The notes: generated by a model from the letters alone, not told the origin. 64,000 nt of DNA from Candidatus Versatilivorator sp. (GCA_965207735.1 OZ242296.1:576001-640000), one strand, 5' to 3'; positions 28,327 to 38,107 are shown, counted from the stretch's first letter. Made by a program: numbers and translations.

Positions 28327-30660
28327 TTACCACTTTTTGGTCACACCCACAAAGACATTGCGTCCCAACTCCGGAATTCTCTCACGGGTGAAGGGATTCA
28401 GGGAATTCAGGTGTTCGAAGTAGAACTTGTCGGCCAGGTTCTCGATCCCCACATCCAGCGACAGGCGCTTGGGGAGTTTCAACCCCCCTCGCAGGCTGAA
28501 GGTGGTAAATCCGGGCGATGGCGCCTCCAGCCGGGATGCAGCCACCCGATCTTGCGGCCCGACGTTGCGCATTTCGAATTCTCCAAAGAATAGACCCGAG
28601 CCGCCGGTGTAACGCAGCCGGGAACGGACTTCAAAGGGGGGAATGCCCAGGACGGGTTCATTGACACCAATGGCTGCCAGGGATTGCTCGATGTCGTCGG
28701 CCAGGGTGTAGGCGCCTTGAATTCCGAACTCCAGCCCTTGCGTGATCGGGGCGCGAAGGGAAAAGTCCAGCCCCCGGAAGTCGGCATGGTCGCCACTGAG
28801 ATAGCGAAAGACCTGCGGTGGGCTCAGGGGCAGCCGCTTGCGGATGCCCGGGGCCGGCGCCACCGTGATGAAGTCCTGAATTCGACGATAGAATCCTGCG
28901 CCTCGCAGGCGCATTCCCGCCCATCGGATCTCCAGTCCCAGATCCGCCTGATAGCCGGTTTCCGGTTCAATGCCGGGAGTGCCCATGAATTCGGCCGCAA
29001 TCTGAAACTTGGTGCTGGGGAAGCGGTCGGAGTAGCGCTCCAGCACATTGGCGGTGCGTACCACCCGGCCCAGTCCTCCTGAAACCGTCACTGCTTCGGT
29101 CAGATTTCTCCGGGCAGTGAGGCTCGCGCTGGTGTTGAATTCCTTCCCGTTCATGGGACCCGCGGTGTTGGCCCTGAAAAAATCCGAAGGCCGGGCTGCC
29201 TCGGCCTGGACGGCATCGAATCGAACGGCCGCCGCCACTCCCCAAGCCTCTCCAGCTTTGGCGGCGGTGAGGTAGAACCCCTGATCGCGGATGCGCGCGT
29301 CCGGCCAGACATTGTCTCGAAACAGGAGCCGGTCGTTGCTGCGCCGGGAAATGAATCGAGTGGCCTGCTGAGACAGATCGTAGAAGTCGAAGCCGGTTTG
29401 AACGGCCCATCCCGAACGGGGCTGAAAGCTTATCCGTCCGGCCCCACCCAGAGAATCCGATTCCGTCGGTAGCGAGACGGCCAGCCCGAAGGGAGGAACT
29501 CGCCCGGGCATGTCCATGGCCGTCGGTTTCCCATCGTTGTTCATGCGATGGCTCTTCTTGCTCAAGTAGAGCCTGAAGGAAACGCTCTGAATGGCGGCGG
29601 CGGGTTCCTTCATATAGTAGGCGCCGTTCCAGGACCGAGTGATGAAATGGTTGGCGTCCAGTAGCCGCCCGGGGTAGTCCAGGTCTTGTTGAGTGTCGAG
29701 GCCCGAATCGAAGGTGAGTTCCTGATTGGAGGGCAGGCTCAACCGCAGCTTCCCGCCCAACTGGTATTCTCCGAACCGGCCCGGAATGGTCGGGGCGGGG
29801 GCGCTGCCGGCTCCCGCTCGATAATCGTCCCCCTTGCCTCCGGAGGCTCTCACACTGATGCCGGCCCGGCGGCCCGCGGCAAAGAACCGGGTATGGCCCA
29901 AGCGGTTGGCGCCGTTGAAGGAGTATCCTGTGGAAACGGAGCCGCCGAAGGTCATCCTGTCGTGGACGGGCACGGGATCGGTCTTCACCAGGACGGCGGC
30001 CAGTCCGCCGGCACACTCGCTCAGAGCGTAGGGGCCTTTGATCACCTCCAGGCTGCTGACTCGGGCCGGGTCCACATGGCTGATCTCGGAATCCATCCTG
30101 GCAGGTCCGGCGGCAAAGGCGCGGGATCCGTCAACCACCATGGCCACCTGGTGTTCCCGAAGTCCCTGGACCACCGGTTCCAGGTTGGTGCCGCCTCTTC
30201 GAACGGCCAGGACACCGGGCACTTCCTTGAGTTTCTCGGCCAGATCCCGGGGCGGGCCGGACTGTAGTCGGCCGGCCGGGATTTCCTCAATGGCAATCTG
30301 AGCCGGGGAAGTGGCCAGCACCTCGATTTCAGTAGCCACAGATCCAAGCTGCAACTCAACCGTCAACTGCGCCCTCTCGCCCGCATGGAGCGTCAGCTCT
30401 CTCCGGTGGGGCGCAAAGCCTCGAGCGGTTACCGATACGAGGTAGAAGCCGCTGGCAACAGTGAAGGCCATGCTTCCGCCGGCTTGGGTGTACCCGGTGG
30501 CTACCTGCTGACCGGAGGGCAATAACAGCGAGACCGTGGCCCCGGAGATGGGCAGGCCGGAGGGGTCCCGTACCTGAATGGCGATCGATTCCGCTTGAGA
30601 AAAGAGGTTTCCACACAACAGCGTAAGGACACCCAATAGGGGTAGGTAGGGCAGACGCAT
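28327..30660 (-). CDS. TonB-dependent receptor, OprC/NosA (copper receptor)-like
   Basis: RRGG...EPVVQG, GPARMD, EVIKGPYA, GIENLADKFYFEHL, terminal W. Confidence 0.85.
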   Translation of the reverse strand: MRLPYLPLLGVLTLLCGNLFSQAESIAIQVRDPSGLPISGATVSLLLPSGQQVATGYTQAGGSMAFTVASGFYLVSVTARGFAPHRRELTLHAGERAQLTVELQLGSVATEIEVLATSPAQIAIEEIPAGRLQSGPPRDLAEKLKEVPGVLAVRRGGTNLEPVVQGLREHQVAMVVDGSRAFAAGPARMDSEISHVDPARVSSLEVIKGPYALSECAGGLAAVLVKTDPVPVHDRMTFGGSVSTGYSFNGANRLGHTRFFAAGRRAGISVRASGGKGDDYRAGAGSAPAPTIPGRFGEYQLGGKLRLSLPSNQELTFDSGLDTQQDLDYPGRLLDANHFITRSWNGAYYMKEPAAAIQSVSFRLYLSKKSHRMNNDGKPTAMDMPGRVPPFGLAVSLPTESDSLGGAGRISFQPRSGWAVQTGFDFYDLSQQATRFISRRSNDRLLFRDNVWPDARIRDQGFYLTAAKAGEAWGVAAAVRFDAVQAEAARPSDFFRANTAGPMNGKEFNTSASLTARRNLTEAVTVSGGLGRVVRTANVLERYSDRFPSTKFQIAAEFMGTPGIEPETGYQADLGLEIRWAGMRLRGAGFYRRIQDFITVAPAPGIRKRLPLSPPQVFRYLSGDHADFRGLDFSLRAPITQGLEFGIQGAYTLADDIEQSLAAIGVNEPVLGIPPFEVRSRLRYTGGSGLFFGEFEMRNVGPQDRVAASRLEAPSPGFTTFSLRGGLKLPKRLSLDVGIENLADKFYFEHLNSLNPFTRERIPELGRNVFVGVTKKW

Positions 30661-30833
30661 CGTTTTCCGATCCTCCACGGTGAAGGGCCTGTGTCGTTGA
30701 AAAACGGGTTGGGACCGGCCGGCGGCGGAGTCCTCCCTGCAAAGCGAGGCGTCATTCCTCACTCTCCGAGGTCGGGACGGAATGGGACTTCGACAGGCGA
30801 AGAGACCGGGTTACGGCCGGGGATGTTGGGGGT

Positions 30834-31277
30834 CTATGAGATTCGCGGCGGGCGAAACAGGGAAGGATGGTGCCCCTGAGGAAGCGTCGGCCCCCTTAGG
30901 GGGTTCAAGTTGCCGTCAGTCTTGGCGAGAGCGGAGCAAGCGGCCTGCTCTTGGGCCGGCCAGCCGCTTTGTTCGCGAGCCGTCGCCAGGAGCGACTCTT
31001 GCCGTTCGCATCCCGGCGACCAGGCACAGTCTATTCCGGGGAACTGGTTGACCGCGGGGGAAGTTCGGTGGCATGGGTCGGGCTTGGCCGTCCTGGTTTG
31101 GCGGCACCTCTCCGGGCAGCAGCAGCGTCTTTGTCCCATGGCACACTGGCCGGGGTGCGAGGCGGCGGTGCCGGCCTCCGTCCCCAGCGGCAGGAGCCGA
31201 TGGGCGGGGAGAGTTCCCGGTCCCAGCGACACCAGGGCCAGCAGCACAGCCGTTTTCCTCCAGGCAGGTCCGCTCAT
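30834..31277 (-). CDS. Cys-rich exported leader protein, DUF2946/CruR/CutF-like
   Basis: Hydrophobic N-terminus, CAMGQRRCCCPERC, C-terminal LFRPPRIS, directly upstream of the receptor. Confidence 0.6.
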   Translation of the reverse strand: MSGPAWRKTAVLLALVSLGPGTLPAHRLLPLGTEAGTAASHPGQCAMGQRRCCCPERCRQTRTAKPDPCHRTSPAVNQFPGIDCAWSPGCERQESLLATAREQSGWPAQEQAACSALAKTDGNLNPLRGPTLPQGHHPSLFRPPRIS

Positions 31278-31444
31278 TTCCAGGAAATGTATTGGCAGTC
31301 AGAGGTCCGCGCGGGATATCCCGGCCGGATAGCCGTCCAGCCCCCCTGCTGCCGGTGGTTCAATCCGCCCAGCGGGCCACGATCGGCAAAGGCTCGATCG
31401 CCTCTCTCGCGGGTGCTTGCGAAACGGCGGAAGCCACCCGCAGA

Positions 31445-31963
31445 TCAACTGGTCGGCTTGTAGCGTTCCACCTTTTCGAAGGCGTCGGCGATGATGCGGG
31501 TGTCGAGACTGTCGACGGCGAAGGCCCCTGCCTGGGAGAGGTAGCGCCAGGTGACGTCGAAGTCCTGCTGGTTGAGGACCGGGTAGTTGCGCTCCAGGCC
31601 GTCGAAAAATGCGGTAAAGGCAACGCTCACGAAAAAGTCCACGGCCGCCACCCGGCTGCTCTCCAACTTGACCGCATTCCAGACATAGCCGCTGGCGCTG
31701 CTGGAGTCCGTTTCCTCGGAGATGGGTTCCAGATCCTCGGCCTTGACGCTGTAGCCGTCGAGTTGAGCGCCTTCCTTGAGCCGGAAGGTCTTCCAGCAGT
31801 GCCCGCAGGCTGACCGCCCCTTGCCCAGAACGAAATCCCAGACGGGAGCCACCTTCATTGCCGAGCCGCAGGCCGGGCACTGGTATTCCTTGACGAAGTC
31901 CGACAACGCCGACAATATCCCATCTCCGCGATCTGGCATGATAACAAGCCCCTTTTCAGTCAC
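31445..31963 (-). CDS. Hypothetical zinc-ribbon protein
   Basis: CPACG...CGHC. Confidence 0.6.
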   Translation of the reverse strand: MTEKGLVIMPDRGDGILSALSDFVKEYQCPACGSAMKVAPVWDFVLGKGRSACGHCWKTFRLKEGAQLDGYSVKAEDLEPISEETDSSSASGYVWNAVKLESSRVAAVDFFVSVAFTAFFDGLERNYPVLNQQDFDVTWRYLSQAGAFAVDSLDTRIIADAFEKVERYKPTS

Positions 31964-32024
31964 GTCACCGAAGAAACCCTCGGATTATAACCCAGTCGAT
32001 CAATCTATAGGGGCCATTTGGGCC

Positions 32025-33293
32025 TCAATCGGCGATGCGCTGAATCCTTGCCCCCAGCAACTGCAGCTTCTTCTCGATGGCTTCGTAGCCGCGGTCCAGG
32101 TGGTACACCCGGTGAACCAGCGTCTCTCCGCTGGCGACCAGTCCCGCCAGGATCAGGGAGGCGCTGGCTCGCAGATCGGAGGCCAGTACCTTGGCCCCCG
32201 TCAGATCCCGGCGCCCCGAGATCACGGCTCGGTTGCCCTCGATCCTGACGTCGGCCCCCATCCGCACCAACTCGCTGGCATGCAGGAATCGACTCTCGAA
32301 TATGGTCTCGGTGACGATGGAAGAACCGTGAGCCTGGGTCATCAGCGCCATGTATTGGGCCTGCATGTCGGTAGCGAAGCCGGGGTATTCCATGGTGGTG
32401 ACATCCCTTGCCTGGAGCCGGCGGGGGGCCGTTACCCGGCAGGCGTCGGGACCGCTGCGTTCGATGGCGATCCCGGTTTCCTCCAGCTTCTCGATCACGG
32501 CCGTCAGATGTTCGGGACGACAATTGAGCAGCTCGACGGCGCCGCCGGTGATGGCTCCGGCCACCATGAAGGTGCCCGCCTCGATGCGGTCCGGAATGAT
32601 GGTGTGGTCGGCTCCGCCCAACTCGGGCCTGCCCTGAATTCGAATGGTGCTGCTGCCGTCTCCCTCGATCCGAGCCCCCATCGAGCGCAGCAGATTGGCC
32701 AGATCGGTCACTTCAGGCTCGCGGGCGGCGTTATGCAGGACGGTCTCGCCTTTAGCCAGGCAAGCCGCCATCATGAGGTTTTCGGTTCCGGTGACGGTGA
32801 TCCGGTCGAAGACCACCTTTTCTCCGGTCAGGCGGGGCGCCGCGGCCTCGACGTATCCATGCTCGATAGTCAGGCTGGCGCCGAGTTTTTTCAGCCCCTT
32901 GATGTGGAGATCGATGGGGCGGGCCCCGATGGCGCAACCTCCCGGTAGGGACACCCGGGCCCGGCCGAAGCGGGCCAGCAGGGGCCCCAGGACCAGGACC
33001 GAAGAACGCATGGTCTTTACCCTCTCGTAGGGGGCGACGCAGGAGATGGGATTTGCGGCGACCAGTTCACAGCCATGGCCGGTCTGCAGGTCTTGCAGAC
33101 CGACCCGACAGCCCATCTCCTGCAGGAGTCGACCGGTGGTCCGGATGTCGCGGACGCTGGGCAGATTGCGCAGTCTGAGGGGTTCGTCGGTCAGCAGGGA
33201 AGCCGCCATGGCCGGCAGGGCCGCGTTCTTGGCGCCGCTGACGGCGACCCTGCCCCGCAGCACGGCGCCTCCCTGAATCAGGATCTTATCCAA
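32025..33293 (-). CDS. murA: UDP-N-acetylglucosamine 1-carboxyvinyltransferase
   Basis: [44 protein letters not shown]. Confidence 0.98.
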   Translation of the reverse strand: MDKILIQGGAVLRGRVAVSGAKNAALPAMAASLLTDEPLRLRNLPSVRDIRTTGRLLQEMGCRVGLQDLQTGHGCELVAANPISCVAPYERVKTMRSSVLVLGPLLARFGRARVSLPGGCAIGARPIDLHIKGLKKLGASLTIEHGYVEAAAPRLTGEKVVFDRITVTGTENLMMAACLAKGETVLHNAAREPEVTDLANLLRSMGARIEGDGSSTIRIQGRPELGGADHTIIPDRIEAGTFMVAGAITGGAVELLNCRPEHLTAVIEKLEETGIAIERSGPDACRVTAPRRLQARDVTTMEYPGFATDMQAQYMALMTQAHGSSIVTETIFESRFLHASELVRMGADVRIEGNRAVISGRRDLTGAKVLASDLRASASLILAGLVASGETLVHRVYHLDRGYEAIEKKLQLLGARIQRIAD

Positions 33294-34455
33294 CGGTGTG
33301 GCTCACCTCCCCTTGCACAATGGTGGTATGCACCTGAAGGTTCCGGTCCAGAAGCACCATGTCGGCGTCGTGACCCGCGGCCAGGGTTCCCTTGCCGGCG
33401 GCCATCCCCAGCGATTGGGCCGGATTGCGGGTGAGCATGCCCAGCACGGTTTGCACCGGTAGACCGCTCCACCGGACGATGTTCCGCAGGGCCTGGTCCT
33501 GGGTCAGAATGCTGCCCGCCAACGTGCCGTCCGCCGTTCGACAGATACCATCCGAAAGCGTGATTTCGGCATCGGCCAGCCGGTACCGTCCCTCGGGCAT
33601 GCCGGTGGCGCTGACGGCGTCGCTGATCAGAAGCATCCTGCCGGCTCCCCTGCACCGGAGACAAAGGTCGACCGCGGCAGGCGAGACGTGCACCCCGTCG
33701 GCAATGAGCTCGGCCCAGATCCGCGGGGTTGTCAGGACGGCGCCGAGAATTCCCGGGTCGCGATGGCCAAAGCCCCTCATGGCGTTGAACAGGTGGGTGG
33801 CATTGCCGGCGCCTATATCAATGGCTGCCATGGTTTCTTCCAGGGTGGCGTTGGAGTGGCCCAGAGAGACGACGACCCCTCTGGAACGGGCGAAGCGGAT
33901 CAGGTCCAGGCCACCCTCGACTTCCGGCGCCAGCGTGATCAGCTTGATCCGATTGCCGGAGCGGGCCAGCAACTGCTCGAGGATGAGTGTGGATGGGCGG
34001 CGGATGTGCTCGGCGGAATGAGCCCCCCGCTTTTCGGGATTGATGAAGGGACCTTCCAGGTGGAGCCCCAGCATGCGGGCGCCCGGCAGAGGTCGATCCA
34101 CCTGGCGTCCCAGGGCTTCTACGGCCTGCAGGGTCGCAATGGGAGAAGCCGTCACGGTCGTGGCCAGAAAGGAGGTGGTGCCGTGAGCGGCCAGAAAGCG
34201 AGAAATCGCCTCGAGAGCCTCGGGCGTGCCCTCCATCACATCTCGTCCTATCGCGCCGTGGATGTGGACATCGATGAACCCCGGAGCCAGCAGTTGTCGG
34301 GAGTGGTCCACCACCTCGAATTCGTCCCTGGAGAACCGCACCGCCGCCCGGCTCCCGACTTCCAGGATCTTGGGGCCTTCGACCAGAACCACCCCGTCCA
34401 GAATGACCCGATCGGGAGTCATGACCCTGCCGGCGATCACTGCCAGTCGCTTCAT
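33286..34455 (-). CDS. nagA: N-acetylglucosamine-6-phosphate deacetylase
   Basis: PGFIDVHIHG, HLEGPF, TLAPE, THLFNAM, DGVH, LAGS. Confidence 0.96.
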   Translation of the reverse strand: MKRLAVIAGRVMTPDRVILDGVVLVEGPKILEVGSRAAVRFSRDEFEVVDHSRQLLAPGFIDVHIHGAIGRDVMEGTPEALEAISRFLAAHGTTSFLATTVTASPIATLQAVEALGRQVDRPLPGARMLGLHLEGPFINPEKRGAHSAEHIRRPSTLILEQLLARSGNRIKLITLAPEVEGGLDLIRFARSRGVVVSLGHSNATLEETMAAIDIGAGNATHLFNAMRGFGHRDPGILGAVLTTPRIWAELIADGVHVSPAAVDLCLRCRGAGRMLLISDAVSATGMPEGRYRLADAEITLSDGICRTADGTLAGSILTQDQALRNIVRWSGLPVQTVLGMLTRNPAQSLGMAAGKGTLAAGHDADMVLLDRNLQVHTTIVQGEVSHTVG

Positions 34456-37286
34456 GTCCCCTCATTCCCTGCGATATCCGTTTGCATTATCTCCCATGAG
34501 TCCACCGCTTCGGCCACGGTGTCGGCGAGTTGACGGCGGGCCGACTGGATGGCGCTGTTGTTCCGGGAGGGATGGACCCGGTTGGTCAGGAAGACGATGA
34601 AGAGCCGGCGGGTGGGGTCGATCCACAACGAGGTGCCGGTAAACCCCGTATGGCCATAGGCCTGGGGCGACAGCCTGCTGCCGGCCGAGCTGCTGGGCGC
34701 AGGGGTGTCCCAGCCAAGGGCGCGACTACTCCCAGATGGCTGGGCCTGACGTTGGGTGAAGGTTTCCAGAGTGCTCGGCTTCACGATGCGGCGATGGTTG
34801 TAGACGCCGCCGTTGAGGAGAGCCTGGCAAAAGACTGCCAGGTCCGCCGCGGTGCCGAACAGGCCGGCGTGACCCGCCACACCACCCATGGCATAGGCAT
34901 TTTCGTCATGGACCTCGCCCCTCAGCAACCGTTTCCTCCAGGGGTCGACTTCCGTGGGAGCAATCCGAGGACTCCAGGCGGACGGGGGTTGAAAGCAGGT
35001 CCGGTGCATTCCCAGGGGTTTGAAGATCTGTTGTCGAGCCAGGTTGTCGAGGCTGTCTCCACAAGCTCTTTCCAGGACGGCCGCCAGCAGAATGAAGCCC
35101 AGGTCGCTGTAGAGGCTGTGGCTGCCCGGCTGGTACTCCAGGGGAGTTTCCAGAATCCGTCGCAGGACGTTTTCCTTTCCGCTGGCATGGGCGTAGAGAG
35201 GGAGGTGGGCCGGGAGCCCCGAGGTGTGGGCCAACAGATGCTTGAGGGCGACTTGCCGTTTTCCCCCCTCCCGAAATTCTGGAAAGTAGCGTCCGAGCCG
35301 GTCTTCCAGGTCGATTGCCCCGCCTTCGCAAGCCTGCATGGCCAGGGTGGCGGTGCACACCACCTTTGTGAGTGAGGCCAGGTCATAAACGGAACGTGGG
35401 TTTGCCGGGGGACTGGTCGAAGTGTAGTCCAGCCTGCCGTATCCTCGGCAAACCAGCAGCTTTTCCCGGTAGCCAACCGCCAGGGAGGCTCCCGGGAAGG
35501 CTTGCAGGTCGATGAAGCGGCGGACAAGCTGCTGAAGCCTGGTTCGCAGGCCCCGGATGTCCTGTCGGGGCCGGTCCAATGCGTCCGGACGGGCCTTTTC
35601 CAGGACCATCGGAAAGGCTTCCCGGCGGAGGCCGGCGCCCCCCGCGGCTACGCCGGGAATCGACACCGGCAGCCGGCCGGTCAGGGGAATTTCTCCAAAG
35701 AGCGCCCTGGCTGCCGCCCGCTGGGAAGTGGAAACGTGGCTGTAGGCGCAGAGATAGGTGGGGAAGAAGGAAAGCTGTCGAATCAGATAAGGGTCACCCA
35801 GGGAAATCAAGAGCGCAGAGGGCTTGAGCCGGACCAGCCCCTTCAACCAATCCGCCAGGCGGGCAGGCAGTCCCAGCCGGCCGGTCCCGGTCACCAGCGG
35901 AACATACAGAGCCACCACGCAGAGATCCGCTTTGCCGGCCCCGTCCTTGACCTGGTTCAGCAGGGCGGGAGTCGCTTCCGGGGAGAGACGATCCACTTCC
36001 AGGAGATCGAGTCGCGTCCTGAGGTGATCTTCCAGATCGTCGGCAGCACTAGGCGATGGCTTGGCGGAAACGATGATCAGATGTGCCGAGCGGATTCGAC
36101 GGACGTCCAGCGGCACCTGAGAGGGATCGTCTTTCACCAGGGTGACGGAAGCGTCGGCCAGCTGTTGGGCTTGACGGTGAAGTGAGGGAGCGTTCATTCG
36201 CCGAGCCAACTGCCCGAAGTCCACCGGCTTTCTTCGGTTCAGTCCCAGCCAGGCCTTGGCCTGCAGGATACGCTCGACCGATCGGTCCACACGGGCCTGG
36301 GACAGGCGGCCGGTCTTTACCGCCTCGAGCAGCGCGCTGAAGACGACCCGGGCATCGGGTGGATCCAACAGCACGTCAACACCGGCCTCCAGGGCCTGAA
36401 CAGCCGCTTCGCCGCTCCAGTACCCTCGAGTCAGCCCCTGCATCTTCATGGAGTCGGATACGATCAGACCCTGAAACCCCAGCTCGTTCCTCAAGACCCG
36501 TTCCAGTATCGCCGCCGAGAGCGAGGCCGGGCGACGGCGGTCTTTCTCCAGGGCCGGGACGGCGACGTGAGCCGTCATGACCGCCATGACGCCGGCGCCG
36601 ATCGCCTCCCGAAACGGAACCCATTCGATCCGCTCCAGGCGTGGACGCTGCAGGGGAATCACCGGCAGGGACAGGTGCGAATCCACCTCGGTGTCGCCGT
36701 GACCCGGAAAATGCTTGGCGGTCGCCAGCACCCGGGCCTGCTGGGCTCCGGCCACGAATGCCGCGCCCAAACGGCCCACCGTTTCAGGGTCCTCTCCGTA
36801 GGAGCGGATGTTGATGACCGGATTGGCCGGGTTGTTGTTGACATCCACCACTGGGGCAAAAATCCAGTTGACTCCCAGGGCGCGGGCTTCCTGGGCGGTG
36901 ATGCGCCCCTGCCGGTAAGCCCACCGCTCCGAGCGGGTGGCCCCCACGGCCATGTTCCAGGGCAGGGGAACGGTATGGCGAATACGGAAGGCGGCCCCCC
37001 GCTCGAAGTCGGATCCGATCAGCAGGGGAATCGGTGCCTGGGACTGCAGTCGGTCGATGAGGACGGCCGATTCGTAGATGTCTCCCTCGAAGAGTATGAA
37101 ACCGCCCATGCCCAGTTCTTGCGCCTGATGCCGCAACCGCTCGAATTCGTGGCTGGCTTCATTGAGGTGAATTCCACGGATGGCCGGCATGATGAGCTGG
37201 CCGAGCTTAGCCTCCAAAGGCAGTCGGTTTAAAGTGGATATAACCCAATTTTTACCAATGGTTTGGAATTGGAATAGTGAAGGCAT
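34452..37286 (-). CDS. GH3 beta-N-acetylglucosaminidase fused to a beta-lactamase-like serine hydrolase
   Basis: KHFPGHGDTEVDSH (NagZ motif); C-terminal ASLTK (SxxK), YSD, GHTGFTG. Confidence 0.9.
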   Translation of the reverse strand: MPSLFQFQTIGKNWVISTLNRLPLEAKLGQLIMPAIRGIHLNEASHEFERLRHQAQELGMGGFILFEGDIYESAVLIDRLQSQAPIPLLIGSDFERGAAFRIRHTVPLPWNMAVGATRSERWAYRQGRITAQEARALGVNWIFAPVVDVNNNPANPVINIRSYGEDPETVGRLGAAFVAGAQQARVLATAKHFPGHGDTEVDSHLSLPVIPLQRPRLERIEWVPFREAIGAGVMAVMTAHVAVPALEKDRRRPASLSAAILERVLRNELGFQGLIVSDSMKMQGLTRGYWSGEAAVQALEAGVDVLLDPPDARVVFSALLEAVKTGRLSQARVDRSVERILQAKAWLGLNRRKPVDFGQLARRMNAPSLHRQAQQLADASVTLVKDDPSQVPLDVRRIRSAHLIIVSAKPSPSAADDLEDHLRTRLDLLEVDRLSPEATPALLNQVKDGAGKADLCVVALYVPLVTGTGRLGLPARLADWLKGLVRLKPSALLISLGDPYLIRQLSFFPTYLCAYSHVSTSQRAAARALFGEIPLTGRLPVSIPGVAAGGAGLRREAFPMVLEKARPDALDRPRQDIRGLRTRLQQLVRRFIDLQAFPGASLAVGYREKLLVCRGYGRLDYTSTSPPANPRSVYDLASLTKVVCTATLAMQACEGGAIDLEDRLGRYFPEFREGGKRQVALKHLLAHTSGLPAHLPLYAHASGKENVLRRILETPLEYQPGSHSLYSDLGFILLAAVLERACGDSLDNLARQQIFKPLGMHRTCFQPPSAWSPRIAPTEVDPWRKRLLRGEVHDENAYAMGGVAGHAGLFGTAADLAVFCQALLNGGVYNHRRIVKPSTLETFTQRQAQPSGSSRALGWDTPAPSSSAGSRLSPQAYGHTGFTGTSLWIDPTRRLFIVFLTNRVHPSRNNSAIQSARRQLADTVAEAVDSWEIMQTDIAGNEGT

Positions 37287-37567
37287 GGACGAAGTCCTTG
37301 CAACTGCTTGGGACGAGGGAGAGTACGCCGCGCAGGCAATACCCGGTCGGAAGCGGCTCAGCAGCCGGACACGCTATTGGGTTCATCCCATTGTTTGGCC
37401 GGCTCAGGGTTCTTGCCTTCGCCGTGCCTGGAGAGAGAGCCGAGTCGGTGGAATCCACTACCTGTCGGAACGTTGCGTAATATGTTTGTTTTCAACGAGG
37501 TGACGTTCAGGCGCAGGATCTGTCGCTCAAAGAGCGGAATTATCTTGTCAATGCGGTAAAAAACCTC

Positions 37568-37595
37568 TTGACATGCGGTATATATATGTTAGTCT
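37568..37595 (+). promoter_or_regulatory. Sigma70-type promoter
   Basis: TTGACA (37568-73), 16-nt spacer, extended -10 TGtTAGTCT (37587-95) in a locally AT-rich patch. Confidence 0.65.
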
Positions 37596-37601
37596 TTCTT
37601 T

Positions 37602-38107
37602 CAAACAGCCCCTGGACGGGAAGCCTCCTGAATGTGTTCACCCCGGAGAGGGTCCCAAACAGCAAGGCTGCCAGACAAAGGGTGGTCTCAAGGCTGCCCT
37701 TTGGCCACCAGAACGGTTGATCGCGATAGATTGCGGCACCGGGCCGGTGGCGAGAATTCTAGTGCAAAGGAGGCATTTGGGCAATCCTCACGGTCGTAAT
37801 CCTCACGGTCGTAATCGCCCCAATGCCGGCATGGATGATTCGGGAATTGCGAGGCCGGGAGAGGTGGAAGGCCTGTCAGCCTGCTGGTTCAGGCAATCCT
37901 CTCCAGGCACTCAAAGGTGTGGACGGGCAGGCGTGGAGAGGGAGACACGCTTGCTTTTCCGCTATCCCCCTCTCAGCGCGCGGGGAGGGGGTGCTTTGAG
38001 TGGAGTCCAAGAGTGAATCGCATTTCCGACCGGGTCGCTGGTTCCTGATCAAGACCGGGATACCAGGAGGCTCGGAGTGTTGGAACATCCCGTTCAGCCT
38101 GAAGGCT
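37602..38107 (+). ncRNA. Candidate large structured ncRNA of unknown class
   Basis: 5' and 3' ends pair (37612-21/38088-97; 37622-30/38064-72); at least 8 nested internal helices; G-U pairs favour the + strand; upstream promoter. Confidence 0.6.

Noticed and set aside
37573-38016. 147-aa ORF over the candidate ncRNA
   Set aside because: Its start lies inside the promoter, there is no RBS or recognisable motif, and the region is better explained by RNA helices.
37602-38107. Assignment as RNase P RNA, tmRNA, SRP RNA, glmS ribozyme or group I/II intron
   Set aside because: I could not find their conserved signature sequences on either strand; 6S is not excluded but the size is atypical.
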